DNA from: Clostridiaceae bacterium
GTDB lineage: Bacteria > Bacillota > Clostridia > Acetivibrionales > DULL01
Direction of reading: 5' to 3'
Assembly (NCBI GenBank): GCA_012840395.1
Contig: DULL01000110.1
Location: 10,002 to 74,001 of the forward strand
Length of the DNA stretch: 64,000 bases
Shown here: one piece after another, positions 1 to 9,860 of the stretch
How positions within the stretch are numbered: position 1 is the stretch's first letter
Layout: each line of letters begins with the position of its first letter
The notes under the pieces: model-generated
Databases searched by the model: none
What the model saw: only the letters and a program-made list of their open reading frames with translations
Told to the model about the DNA's origin: nothing
Position numbers and translations under genes: made by a program

Positions 1-107
1 GCAACTAGTTTTATGCCGATTTTATTTAGGTTATTCAGTCCTTTAACTTTAATCGGATTTTTGAATTTCCTAATAAAATTTCCAGGCTTATTAATTGCTA
101 CTTTCAT
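1..107 (-). CDS. Hypothetical protein, N-terminal fragment (gene continues past the left edge)
   Basis: ATG at 107-105 on the minus strand with AGAGGG about 10 nt upstream. The frame stays open to position 1 (MKVAINKPGNFIRKFKNPIKVKGLNNLNKIGIKLVA...). 35 aa is too short to assign a family. Confidence 0.3.
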   Translation of the reverse strand, partial: MKVAINKPGNFIRKFKNPIKVKGLNNLNKIGIKLV

Positions 108-329
108 AATTATAATACCCTCTTTCGTTATATGATTAACAATACTTAATAAATGTATCCGGAAAGAGTTAAGGCATCCGGGTAAAGTAATAATAGAATA
201 TAGCTTTAAATTATGATATATTAGGTATAAACATATCACTATTTATATCGGAAGATTTAGTTAGTTAATTAACAGCAGAAGTCAACATAATTTAACAAAA
301 GATAACATAATATTTATGGAGGTGTTGTA

Positions 330-2711
330 GTGAAATCTGTTAAGATACATAAGAAAAAATATAAACGAAAGAAAGAAGGGAAAAAGCACAATTACAACCA
401 GGAAATTCTGGGGGTTGTTGTACTTGCCCTGGGAATTCTGACTTTCTTAAGTGTTTATTTTAATAACTCAATAGGTGTATTTGGTGTATTTATAAAAGGA
501 GTTTTTTCAGGTTTTATGGGAATAACCTCCTATTTATTGCCTCCAGTTATAATTGTTTACTCGGTATTTATGATTTTCAAGAAAAACAGTCCTCAGTTTA
601 ACCTTAAGATTATGTATTTAATAATACTTTTTGTGCTTATCTCGGCAATTATACAGGTGGGTTATTATAAAGAGATAGATTATAGCAATAAAACGTTTAT
701 AAAAAGTATTGAAAAGCTTTATGCGGACGGTATGAATCTGTCAGGAGGCGGAGTTTTAGGAGGAATGCTTACACTGCCTCTGATGATATACTTCAAAAAC
801 CTTGGCACTATAATTATATTGACTACTGCATCAATTATAGACGTTATGTTGCTGACCAACATATCTGTTGCAGGCCTATTGAAAGGTATTAAAAACCTAT
901 TTGTTAAGAAGGGTACTTCTGCGGTAAAAAATACTACTTTAAGCCAAGAAGAAGAAAGAAAAATTACTGTTGATGATTTAAAAGACTATTATTTTGAAAC
1001 CGATGAGATTGGTTATACTGATATGTTAGAACAGAAGCACAATACTAAACCCAAAATAATTGATTTCAAGATTGAGAAGGATAACAGGTCGGTTAAAAGT
1101 AAAGAAAAATCTGGAAGAATATATAATGAGAATGATATAGGAAATGCAGAAAATATAAATAATGAAAGAAATAATGAAAGCGAGAAAGCAAAGATAGATA
1201 GGAAAAAAGGTGAGGAAATATTTCAGCAGGAAATTAATAAATCGCTGGCAAAACGTAAGACAGGAGGACTATATCAATATCCCAAAATTGAATTTCTTAA
1301 ATCTGCTGAAAACAGCAAGAATATCAGAGCTTATAAAGCACAAGCTTTAGAAGGTGCCAAAATACTTGAGGATACTCTCAAAAGTTTCGGTGTTGATGCC
1401 CGAGTAATAAATATAAGCAGAGGTCCCACAGTTACCCGCTATGAGCTGCAGCCCAATGTTGGCGTAAAGGTAAGCAAAATTGTAAATCTTGCTGATGACA
1501 TTGCGTTAAACCTGGCAGCTCCGGGAGTAAGGATTGAAGCTCCCATACCAGGAAAAGCAGCAGTTGGCATAGAAGTGCCAAATAAGGAAATAACTCCTGT
1601 ACTGCTTAGAGAGGTTATTGAATCCGAAGAATTCATGAACCATTCCTCAAAACTTGCTTTTGCCTTAGGAAAAGATATCTCGGGAGAGTGTATAATAGCC
1701 GATATTTCCAAGATGCCCCACTTACTTATTGCAGGAGCCACAGGATCTGGTAAAAGCGTTTGTATAAACTGCCTGATAATGAGCCTTTTATATAAAGCTT
1801 CACCTGAGGAAGTCAAGTTTCTTATGATTGATCCGAAAGTAGTGGAATTAGGAATTTACAATGGAATACCTCATTTACTTATACCGGTAGTAACTGATCC
1901 CAGGAAAGCTGCGGGGGCGCTGAACTGGGCCGTTCAGGAAATGGTTAACAGGTATAAGCTTTTTGCTGAAAAATCGGTGAGAGATATGAATGGATATAAT
2001 GATTTATTACGGAGGAATGGTGAAGAAGGAATACTACCTAATATAGTAATAATTATAGACGAGCTTGCTGATTTAATGATGGTGGCGCCTAATGATGTTG
2101 AGGACGCCATATGCAGGTTGGCACAAATGGCAAGAGCTGCTGGTATGCATCTTGTTATAGCTACCCAGAGGCCTTCTGTGGATGTAATTACAGGAGTTAT
2201 AAAGGCAAACATACCCTCGAGAATATCCTTTGCGGTATCTTCTCAGGTTGACTCAAGAACAATACTTGATATGGGGGGAGCTGAAAAACTTCTTGGTAAA
2301 GGAGATATGCTTTACCATCCCATTGGTAAAGCAAAACCAATCAGGTTGCAAGGAGCATTTGTATCGGAATCTGAAGTTGAAAAAACTGTAGAGTTTCTGA
2401 AAGAACAGGGTAAGACTGAATATGACAATGACATAATAGAAGAAATTAATAAAGAAAATGTTCCAGATAATAATATATCTGAAAAAGTAGATGAAATATT
2501 GCCCAAAGCTATTGAATTGGTTATAGAAACAGGGCAGGCTTCAGTATCTTTGATTCAAAGGAAGTTTAAGGTTGGATATGCAAGGGCAGGAAGAATAATA
2601 GATCAGATGGAAGAAAGAGGAATTATCGGAGGCCCTGACGGAAGCAAACCAAGGCAGATATTAATCAGCAAACAGCAGTGGCAGGAAATGCAAATGTTCC
2701 AGGAAAAGTAG
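330..2711 (+). CDS. ftsK: DNA translocase FtsK/SpoIIIE
   Basis: 793 aa with N-terminal TM helices and a K/E/N-rich linker. Motor domain has Walker A GATGSGKS and Walker B IIIDELADLM. C-terminal gamma winged helix (SVSLIQRKFKVGYARAGRIIDQME). GTG start with GGAGGTG (318-324) 5 nt upstream. Confidence 0.95.
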   Translation: MKSVKIHKKKYKRKKEGKKHNYNQEILGVVVLALGILTFLSVYFNNSIGVFGVFIKGVFSGFMGITSYLLPPVIIVYSVFMIFKKNSPQFNLKIMYLIILFVLISAIIQVGYYKEIDYSNKTFIKSIEKLYADGMNLSGGGVLGGMLTLPLMIYFKNLGTIIILTTASIIDVMLLTNISVAGLLKGIKNLFVKKGTSAVKNTTLSQEEERKITVDDLKDYYFETDEIGYTDMLEQKHNTKPKIIDFKIEKDNRSVKSKEKSGRIYNENDIGNAENINNERNNESEKAKIDRKKGEEIFQQEINKSLAKRKTGGLYQYPKIEFLKSAENSKNIRAYKAQALEGAKILEDTLKSFGVDARVINISRGPTVTRYELQPNVGVKVSKIVNLADDIALNLAAPGVRIEAPIPGKAAVGIEVPNKEITPVLLREVIESEEFMNHSSKLAFALGKDISGECIIADISKMPHLLIAGATGSGKSVCINCLIMSLLYKASPEEVKFLMIDPKVVELGIYNGIPHLLIPVVTDPRKAAGALNWAVQEMVNRYKLFAEKSVRDMNGYNDLLRRNGEEGILPNIVIIIDELADLMMVAPNDVEDAICRLAQMARAAGMHLVIATQRPSVDVITGVIKANIPSRISFAVSSQVDSRTILDMGGAEKLLGKGDMLYHPIGKAKPIRLQGAFVSESEVEKTVEFLKEQGKTEYDNDIIEEINKENVPDNNISEKVDEILPKAIELVIETGQASVSLIQRKFKVGYARAGRIIDQMEERGIIGGPDGSKPRQILISKQQWQEMQMFQEK

Positions 2712-2762
2712 AAATGCAGAAAAGTCAGGAAAAGCAGGTTAAACGAGGCTGGTAAATGATTC

Positions 2763-2791
2763 TTGACATAAAAATTAAAAAAGCTTACAAT
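2763..2791 (+). promoter_or_regulatory. Sigma-A-type promoter candidate for rny (TTGACA-17-TACAAT)
   Basis: TTGACA at 2763-2768 and TACAAT at 2786-2791 with a 17-nt spacer, about 65 nt upstream of the rny start. Confidence 0.5.
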
Positions 2792-2855
2792 TAATCTATG
2801 CTTGTGACAGCTATTATTGAATATGCAATAAATTGATGAACATTGAAAACTGCAT

Positions 2856-4427
2856 ATGGGGAGGTGCATTAATATAGAATTTTTTATTGGACTGCTAATT
2901 GGATTGATAATAGCAGCAGTTGCTTCAATTATAGCTTTTAGATGGGGAATTGAATCTCGAAAAAGAAAAGCTGAAGCCGAGATAGGAAGTGCTGAACAGG
3001 AAGCACAGAGAATATTGGCAGAAGCTCAAAAAGTTGGCGAAAGTAAAAAAAGAGAGGCACTTCTTGAAGCTAAGGAGGAAATCCATAGAAGTAGGGTAGA
3101 GCTAGACAGAGAGATTAAAGAGAGAAGAATTGAGATTCAAAGATTGGAAAGACGATTGCTTCAAAAGGAAGAAACCCTAGATAGAAAAGTTGAGTTGCTG
3201 GAACAAAAAGAAGAAGTCCTGAACAGGAAAAACCGCGAAATTCAGACAGCTCAGGAAAAGATCAATGAAATACTACAGAAGCAAGTAATGGAGCTAGAAA
3301 GGATTTCAGGGTTAACAGTTGATGAAGCCAAACAATATCTTCTAAAGAATGTTGAGGATGAAGTAAAGCACGAGATGGCAATGATGATTAAAGATTTGGA
3401 AACTCGTGCAAAAGAAGAATCAGATAGAAAGGCCAAAGAAATAATTGCATGTGCAATTCAAAAATGTGCTGCCGACCATGTATCTGAAGTTACTGTTTCG
3501 GTGGTACCTCTTCCTAATGATGAAATGAAGGGTAGAATAATTGGACGTGAGGGTAGAAACATCAGAACTCTTGAGACATTAACAGGGATTGACCTGATAA
3601 TTGATGATACACCTGAAGCGGTAATTTTATCCGGGTTTGACCCAATTAGAAGGGAAATAGCAAGAATAACTCTTGAAAAGCTGATTCTTGACGGAAGAAT
3701 TCATCCTGCAAGGATTGAAGAGATGGTGGAGAAAGCCAAGAAAGAAGTAGAGAATACTATACGCCAGGAAGGTGAAAATGCAACATTTGAAACCGGTGTT
3801 CATGGCTTGCACCCCGAGATTGTTAAACTGCTTGGAAAGCTCAGATTCAGGACAAGTTACGGACAAAATGTTCTGAATCATTCAATAGAAGTTTCATTCT
3901 TAGCTGGCTTAATGGCAGCCGAATTGGGTGTTGACGTACTACTGGCTAAGAGAGCAGGATTACTTCATGATATAGGTAAGGCTGTTGATCATGAGGTTGA
4001 AGGATCACATGTTACTATTGGAGCAGAAATCGCAAAGAAATATAAAGAAGGGCCTGAGGTAATAAATGCAATATTAGCACATCACGGGGATATTGAAGCA
4101 AACAATATTATATCAATACTTGTACAGGCAGCAGACTCAATTTCAGCAGCAAGGCCTGGTGCAAGAAGAGAGACATTGGAATCATATATTAAGAGAATAG
4201 AAAAATTAGAAGAAATTGCCAACTCTTTCCCTGGTGTTGAAAAATCCTTTGCAGTACAGGCCGGCAGAGAAATTAGAATTATCGTTAAACCAGAGGATGT
4301 TTCTGATGATGAAATAATTCTAAAGGCTCGTGAAATTGTTCAGAAGATAGAAAATGAACTGGAATACCCTGGACAAATAAAAGTTAATGTAATAAGAGAA
4401 ACAAGAGCAATTGAGTATGCTAAGTAA
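2856..4427 (+). CDS. rny: Ribonuclease Y
   Basis: N-terminal TM helix, coiled-coil region, KH domain ([15 protein letters not shown]) and HD domain ([12 protein letters not shown]). Near-collinear with Bacillus RNase Y. The start is uncertain: ATG 2856 has no SD, whereas an in-frame ATA at 2874 sits 7 nt after GGAGGTG. Confidence 0.93.
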   Translation: MGRCINIEFFIGLLIGLIIAAVASIIAFRWGIESRKRKAEAEIGSAEQEAQRILAEAQKVGESKKREALLEAKEEIHRSRVELDREIKERRIEIQRLERRLLQKEETLDRKVELLEQKEEVLNRKNREIQTAQEKINEILQKQVMELERISGLTVDEAKQYLLKNVEDEVKHEMAMMIKDLETRAKEESDRKAKEIIACAIQKCAADHVSEVTVSVVPLPNDEMKGRIIGREGRNIRTLETLTGIDLIIDDTPEAVILSGFDPIRREIARITLEKLILDGRIHPARIEEMVEKAKKEVENTIRQEGENATFETGVHGLHPEIVKLLGKLRFRTSYGQNVLNHSIEVSFLAGLMAAELGVDVLLAKRAGLLHDIGKAVDHEVEGSHVTIGAEIAKKYKEGPEVINAILAHHGDIEANNIISILVQAADSISAARPGARRETLESYIKRIEKLEEIANSFPGVEKSFAVQAGREIRIIVKPEDVSDDEIILKAREIVQKIENELEYPGQIKVNVIRETRAIEYAK

Positions 4428-4448
4428 TTAATGATTAAATAACTATAA

Positions 4449-4486
4449 CATAAAGGGCGTGATTTAACACGCCCTTTATGTTATTA
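4449..4486 (+). terminator. Hairpin terminator after rny
   Basis: 13-bp perfect stem cataaagggcgtg / cacgccctttatg (4449-4480) followed by T-rich sequence. Confidence 0.6.
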
Positions 4487-4505
4487 TAATATAAGGTGAT
4501 AAATA

Positions 4506-5288
4506 TTGAACATATTATTTATTGGAGATATTTTCGGAAATCCGGGGAGAAAAATCTCAAAAGAGGTTCTTCCTTCACTAATAAGAGAATATAATATAGA
4601 TTTCTGTATTGCAAACGGAGAAAATGCTGCAGGTGGTTCAGGCATTACTTACACTGTAGCTCAGGAATTGTATAAACTGGGGATAGATGCTATAACCCTG
4701 GGCAATCACACATGGTCAAAAAAAGAGATAATAAATTTCATTGATTCTGATAAAAAAATAATAAGACCTGCCAATTACCCACTGGAATCACCTGGCAGAG
4801 GATCCGCAGTTATTGAAAAAAAAGAGTTGAAAATAGGTGTAGTGAATGTATTAGGCAGAGTATACATGGATATTGTTGATTGCCCATTTAAAGCTGCTGA
4901 CAGGGAAATAGAGTATCTGAAGCAGTTTGTGAAAATTGTTCTGGTTGATATACATGCTGAGGCTACCTCGGAAAAGGCTGCATTGGCATGGTATCTTGAC
5001 GGTAGGGTAAGCTGTGTATATGGAACTCATACTCATGTTCAGACTTCAGATGAGCGGATTCTTCCTTGCGGAACCAGTTTTATTACTGATGTGGGTATGA
5101 CAGGCCCTTATGATGGAATTCTTGGAGTAGACAGGAACATAATAATTGAAAGGTTTTTGACCCATTTACCTGCAAAATTCGAGGTTGCTAAAGGCAAAGC
5201 ACAATTTAATGGTATTGTTGCCGATATAGATGATAATACCGGTAAAACCAGGAGAGTAAAAAGAATAACAATAATACGGGATGTTTAA
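4506..5288 (+). CDS. ymdB: YmdB-family metallophosphoesterase (2',3'-cyclic-nucleotide phosphodiesterase)
   Basis: N-terminal MNILFIGDIFG plus GNH and GTHTHV metallophosphoesterase motifs. Conserved rny-ymdB-spoVS order. TTG start with AAGGTGA upstream. Confidence 0.9.
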   Translation: MNILFIGDIFGNPGRKISKEVLPSLIREYNIDFCIANGENAAGGSGITYTVAQELYKLGIDAITLGNHTWSKKEIINFIDSDKKIIRPANYPLESPGRGSAVIEKKELKIGVVNVLGRVYMDIVDCPFKAADREIEYLKQFVKIVLVDIHAEATSEKAALAWYLDGRVSCVYGTHTHVQTSDERILPCGTSFITDVGMTGPYDGILGVDRNIIIERFLTHLPAKFEVAKGKAQFNGIVADIDDNTGKTRRVKRITIIRDV

Positions 5289-5339
5289 AAAATATAACAA
5301 ATAAATTATACAATATATAATTCAATATTAACTAAAAAA

Positions 5340-5364
5340 AGGATTTTTGCCTTCTATGTAGAAT
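5340..5364 (+). promoter_or_regulatory. Sigma-H-like promoter candidate for spoVS (AGGATTT-N14-GAAT)
   Basis: AGGATTT at 5340-5346 and GAAT at 5361-5364, 14 nt apart. This matches the Bacillus sigma-H consensus layout, and spoVS is sigma-H dependent in B. subtilis. Confidence 0.4.
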
Positions 5365-5408
5365 AAACTAATGGTATACACCAAGATGACGTAGGAGGTA
5401 GTATAATT

Positions 5409-5678
5409 ATGGAAATGGATGTATTAAGAGCATCAGCCAAGTCTTCACCTAATGCTTTGGCAGGAGCTTTAGCAGCTGTTATTCGTGAGAAAGGATCTGC
5501 TGAAATTCAGGCAATAGGAGCAGGCTCAATAAACCAGGCTATAAAAGCAGTTGCAATAGCCAGGGGATTTGTTGCGCCTACAGGGATAGAACTTATTTGT
5601 ATTCCCGCTTTTATTGATATTAATATTGATGGTGAAATAAAAACCGGTATAAAGTTAATAGTGGAACCACGGAAATAA
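5409..5678 (+). CDS. spoVS: Stage V sporulation protein S
   Basis: 89 aa, nearly collinear with B. subtilis SpoVS (SAKSSPN..AGALA...EIQAIGAG..NQAIKAVAIARGFVAP..LICIPAF). Strong AGGAGG SD. Confidence 0.95.
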   Translation: MEMDVLRASAKSSPNALAGALAAVIREKGSAEIQAIGAGSINQAIKAVAIARGFVAPTGIELICIPAFIDINIDGEIKTGIKLIVEPRK

Positions 5679-5718
5679 CTGAATAAAGCTCATGGAATGT
5701 TTATAAGGAGTAGAAGGT

Positions 5719-6561
5719 TTGCAATTAAAAAGATTCGCAGATAATGACAGCATAATATTTACTAATAAAGATGGCCTGGTATATTTGCAGTTTACAAATT
5801 TAAAAAAATATGATAATGCTATTATTCACTGTTTTACAACCAGGCTCGGGGGTGTAAGTAAAGATTCCTGCTTCTCCTTGAATCTTGGTGACAAGTTTTA
5901 TGATAGCATTAAAAATGTTGAAGAAAATTTTGAACGAATATGCAGGGCTATCGGTATTAAAAAAGACAGCCTGGTTTTTTCCAATCAGGTTCATGGGACA
6001 AACATAAGAAAAGTTGGAGAAAAAGATAAAAATAAAAAAATTGAAGACAGAAGAAAGACAGAACCCCATGATGGATTGATGACTAACGTCAGAGGCATAT
6101 CCCTTGTTACATTCTATGCTGACTGTGTACCTGTTCTTTTTTATGACCATAACAAAAAAGTAATAGCAATGGCACATTCAGGATGGAGAGGTACTGTATC
6201 TGAGATTGCAGCTGAAACTGTGAAAAAGCTTGCAGAAGAGTATCATTGTGATCCGGATAATTTGGAGGTGGCAATAGGACCCTCCATAGGAAAGTGCTGT
6301 TTCGAAGTTGGTGAGGATGTATACTTTCAATTTCTGGACAGACTTCATTGGAGCGAAGCCTATTGCAGAAAAACAGGTGAAAAAAAGTGGCATATTGACC
6401 TTCAGGGAATTGTAAGGCAATCTCTTATAAATACAGGAGTAAGAAGGGAAAATATATGTACTGCAAACATTTGTACAAAATGTAATAAAGATATTTTTTA
6501 TTCCCATAGGGGTGATAACGGAAAAACAGGTAGTTTGGCTGCAATTATGAAAATAATATAA
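5719..6561 (+). CDS. pgeF: YfiH/PgeF (DUF152) family purine nucleoside phosphorylase / laccase-domain protein
   Basis: Conserved QVHG, ADC.P and HSGWRG motifs, plus C-terminal C..C....FYSHR. TTG start with AGGAG upstream. Confidence 0.85.
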   Translation: MQLKRFADNDSIIFTNKDGLVYLQFTNLKKYDNAIIHCFTTRLGGVSKDSCFSLNLGDKFYDSIKNVEENFERICRAIGIKKDSLVFSNQVHGTNIRKVGEKDKNKKIEDRRKTEPHDGLMTNVRGISLVTFYADCVPVLFYDHNKKVIAMAHSGWRGTVSEIAAETVKKLAEEYHCDPDNLEVAIGPSIGKCCFEVGEDVYFQFLDRLHWSEAYCRKTGEKKWHIDLQGIVRQSLINTGVRRENICTANICTKCNKDIFYSHRGDNGKTGSLAAIMKII

Positions 6562-6590
6562 ATATGATGACATAGTTGTAGGAGTAGCAT

Positions 6591-8327
6591 ATGAACAGAA
6601 AACCATACCGCAATATACCTGTAATTGCTATTATACTTGTTGTAATGTTTATTATGGTTTCCTGCCAACAATTGTATAATAGTAGTGAAAATATTAATAA
6701 TAGTCCAGGTGCGAGCAGAGATACCCAGTATGTTCTTTCTGGCAATACCAGTAAAAATAGTGACTCTGTTTTAGATATGGGTCCTGTAAAAGGTGGAGTA
6801 TTAAGAATTTTTAGTACTGACCCAGACACTTTAAATCCCATAATAACAAATAACAAATATGTAAAAGATTTTTCTGGTTTTATTTTTGAAAGTCTTGTTG
6901 CATTGGACAAAAATCAAAAACCTGTTCCTCTTCTTTCTGAGAGCTGGGAAGTTTCTAATAATGGACTGATATGGACTTTTCATATAAGAGATAATGTCTA
7001 TTGGCACGATAAACAAAAATTCACAGCCTATGATGTAGAATATACCTTTGATTATATATTAAAGAACAGCATTTATACTACATATAAAGATAATTTGCAG
7101 AACGTAACTACTTTTGCCGCCGTTGATGAAAAAAATTTCAGGATAGTACTCAGCAAGCCAAATTCCTTCACGGCAGAACTTATGACTTTTCCTATATTGC
7201 CAAAACACCTTTCAGATAAAAACTCGGTCATAATGTCAAAGGAATATAAGCCTGTTGGAACAGGGCCTTTTAAATACTTATCATATAAAGAAAATGAGAG
7301 GATTTTATTGGAAGCTAATTCAGATTGGTGGTATTCTGCGGACATTGAGGATACCAGTGAAAAGCTTCCTTATATTGATCAAATCTACATCGAGTTATAT
7401 GATAATTCCGCTTATGCAGTGGGAGCTTTCCAAACCCGTGATGTGGATGTAAATTTTAATGAGACAGTAGATTATGACAAGTATTATGGAAGGTATGATC
7501 TTACAATAAAAAAATATACAGGAAACAGATTTGAATTTGTATCCTTTAATTTGGATAATCCCATATTGTCTGATGTTAAAGTCAGACAGGCTATTAATTA
7601 TGCTGTTAATAAAGAAAAGATAATCGGAAAGCTTCTTCCTGAAAAAGCAGTGGCATCAGATTTTCCCATTGTTCCGGGAAGCTGGCTTAATGATTCAAAT
7701 ATAGTTGCATATGAGCCAAGTATTACAAAGGCAAAAAAAATACTGGAAGAGGCTGGATGGAAAGAAGAAAACAGTATTTTTTATAAGTGGATAAACTGGG
7801 CAAAGAGACCGTTAAAACTAGAATTACTGGTAAATGAAGATAATGATTTAAGGAAATTAATTGCATATGAGATTAAAGAACAGCTGGCTGAAGCAGGTTT
7901 TGATATACAGGTTAAAGAAATGAAGTGGGAAGAATTAATTAAAAAAGTTGATAAAAAAGATTATGACATGGTTATTATGGGTTGTTCTGCACCGTCAGTT
8001 CCGGATATATCATTTCTATATTCCACTCCTTATCTACCGGACAATTCTTCTCCTGAATCTCTCAGAGGAAGGAATATAGCTGGTTATAGCAATCCAATGG
8101 TAGATAAATACATAGAGAGAATTTATTCGGAGCACGATGATGAAAGGAAAAAAGCACTGTTCATAAATATGAGAAATATTATTATAGAGGATGTTCCATA
8201 TCTTGTTTTATTTTTCTACAATGATGCGGTACTTTTAAATAGAAATATGAGCGGCAATATTCAACCTCATGCCTGGAACAAGTTTAGCAATATAGCCAGA
8301 TGGTATATTCCACGCCTTTACAACTAA
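6591..8327 (+). CDS. ABC transporter substrate-binding lipoprotein, peptide/nickel family 5 (no adjacent permease or ATPase)
   Basis: 578 aa. Signal peptide with lipobox MVSC. Size and pattern are typical of family-5 SBPs (OppA/DppA-like). Confidence 0.8.
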   Translation: MNRKPYRNIPVIAIILVVMFIMVSCQQLYNSSENINNSPGASRDTQYVLSGNTSKNSDSVLDMGPVKGGVLRIFSTDPDTLNPIITNNKYVKDFSGFIFESLVALDKNQKPVPLLSESWEVSNNGLIWTFHIRDNVYWHDKQKFTAYDVEYTFDYILKNSIYTTYKDNLQNVTTFAAVDEKNFRIVLSKPNSFTAELMTFPILPKHLSDKNSVIMSKEYKPVGTGPFKYLSYKENERILLEANSDWWYSADIEDTSEKLPYIDQIYIELYDNSAYAVGAFQTRDVDVNFNETVDYDKYYGRYDLTIKKYTGNRFEFVSFNLDNPILSDVKVRQAINYAVNKEKIIGKLLPEKAVASDFPIVPGSWLNDSNIVAYEPSITKAKKILEEAGWKEENSIFYKWINWAKRPLKLELLVNEDNDLRKLIAYEIKEQLAEAGFDIQVKEMKWEELIKKVDKKDYDMVIMGCSAPSVPDISFLYSTPYLPDNSSPESLRGRNIAGYSNPMVDKYIERIYSEHDDERKKALFINMRNIIIEDVPYLVLFFYNDAVLLNRNMSGNIQPHAWNKFSNIARWYIPRLYN

Positions 8328-8383
8328 CAAGTATCAATGTATAATTTTACTTGTTATACTCTTGGACAGGATGGATTTTAATT

Positions 8384-8935
8384 ATGTTTTGGATTTTAAT
8401 AATAATTTTTATAACTGCGGCAGACCAGATAACAAAAGCGGTAATTGTTAATAATGTAGAGTTCGGGGAAATGATTCCGGTTATTGAAGGTTTCTTTTAT
8501 ATTACCCATCATACAAATTCTGGTGCTGCCTGGGGTGTTTTCTCAGGGGGAAGATATGTTTTTATTTCTATTACCATTTTGGCATCTGTTATAATGTTAT
8601 ATTTTTTATTTAAATCCGGAAATAAATTATTAAAGGTTTCTCTGAGTTTAATACTGGGTGGAGCAATTGGGAATCTTATTGATAGAATAGCCTCTGGCAA
8701 TGTTGTGGACTTTCTTGATTTTTATTTTGGAAGCTATAACTATCCAACTTTTAATGTAGCTGATTCTTTTATAGTTATTGGAACAATTTTGTTATCTGTA
8801 TATATACTATTCTTCTACAGAGAAAGTAGCAGGAAAGAAAGGGATAGTATATATAAGACCAGTGAAGAAAATAATGGCGGCATTAAAGAAAAAGAAGACT
8901 CTCTTGATTGTGAACACCTAAAGGAGCAGGAATAA
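8384..8935 (+). CDS. lspA: Lipoprotein signal peptidase II
   Basis: NSGAAWG and FNVAD(S) motifs with 4 TM segments. Start moved to ATG 8384 (MFWILIIIF...). An unusual ~40-aa charged C-terminal tail follows. Confidence 0.9.
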   Translation: MFWILIIIFITAADQITKAVIVNNVEFGEMIPVIEGFFYITHHTNSGAAWGVFSGGRYVFISITILASVIMLYFLFKSGNKLLKVSLSLILGGAIGNLIDRIASGNVVDFLDFYFGSYNYPTFNVADSFIVIGTILLSVYILFFYRESSRKERDSIYKTSEENNGGIKEKEDSLDCEHLKEQE

Positions 8936-8941
8936 AGAAGC

Positions 8942-9853
8942 ATGAAAGAAATAAGCATTATATCTGAGGATGAGGGTATCAGAATAGATGTTTGGCTGAC
9001 ATCAAAATTGGAAGACATCTCAAGGACATATGTTCAAAAACTAATAACTGATAGCAATGTAACTGTCAATGATAAAGTTGTTAAAACAAATTATAAAATA
9101 AAAGCCGGGGATAAAGTAAGGGTAGAAATACCTGAGCCTAGAAAGCTTGAAGTAATACCGGAAAAAATCAATATAGATATTGTTTATGAAGATGATGATA
9201 TTATTATAGTAAATAAACCTAAAGGAATGGTTGTTCACCCGGCTGCAGGCAATTACTCCGGCACCCTTGTTAATGCATTAATGGATTACTGTGGTGACAG
9301 GCTCTCAGATATAAATGGTGTTATCAGGCCTGGAATTGTCCATAGAATAGATAAGGATACGTCAGGATTACTTGTAGTGGCAAAAAATAACCAGGCTCAT
9401 GAGAAATTGTCGGCAGAGCTTAAAACTACAAAGTTAAAAAGAGTTTATGAGACAATTGTTCAGGGAGTAATTGTTGAAGAGAGCGGCACAATTGATGCAC
9501 CAATAGGAAGGCATGAAGCAGACAGAAAAAAGATGTCTGTGAATACACGAACAGGTAAGAGGGCAGTTACCCATTTTAAGGTATTGGAAAGATTTAACAA
9601 TGCTACATACCTGGAAGTCCGTCTTGAAACAGGGAGAACCCATCAGATCCGTGTCCATATGGCTTATATTGGTCATCCTGTAATTGGAGATAAAGTTTAT
9701 GGTGGTAAACAACAAAAATATAGTATTGAGGGGCAGGTACTCCATGCAAAAACCCTTGGATTTCATCATCCAACTACAGGGAAATACATGGAGTTTACCT
9801 CCCAATTGCCGGAATATTTTATAAATCTGTTAAAACAGCTAAGAGAAGCTTAA
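8942..9853 (+). CDS. rluD: 23S rRNA pseudouridine synthase, RluD/RluA family
   Basis: N-terminal S4 domain and catalytic HRIDKDTSGLL motif. Conserved lspA-rluD pairing. Confidence 0.9.
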   Translation: MKEISIISEDEGIRIDVWLTSKLEDISRTYVQKLITDSNVTVNDKVVKTNYKIKAGDKVRVEIPEPRKLEVIPEKINIDIVYEDDDIIIVNKPKGMVVHPAAGNYSGTLVNALMDYCGDRLSDINGVIRPGIVHRIDKDTSGLLVVAKNNQAHEKLSAELKTTKLKRVYETIVQGVIVEESGTIDAPIGRHEADRKKMSVNTRTGKRAVTHFKVLERFNNATYLEVRLETGRTHQIRVHMAYIGHPVIGDKVYGGKQQKYSIEGQVLHAKTLGFHHPTTGKYMEFTSQLPEYFINLLKQLREA

Positions 9854-9860
9854 AAGCTCA

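Noticed and set aside
1439-1816. Numerous antisense or alternative-frame ORFs in the track. Examples: 1439-1816 (-), 5800-6606 (-), 14953-15414 (-), 16099-16422 (-), 38702-38989 (+), 45626-45988 (-), 63677-63964 (-).
   Set aside because: They lie entirely within, or opposite to, strongly supported conserved genes. They have no SD, and their translations are low-complexity or Ser/Leu/Ile-rich shadow sequences.
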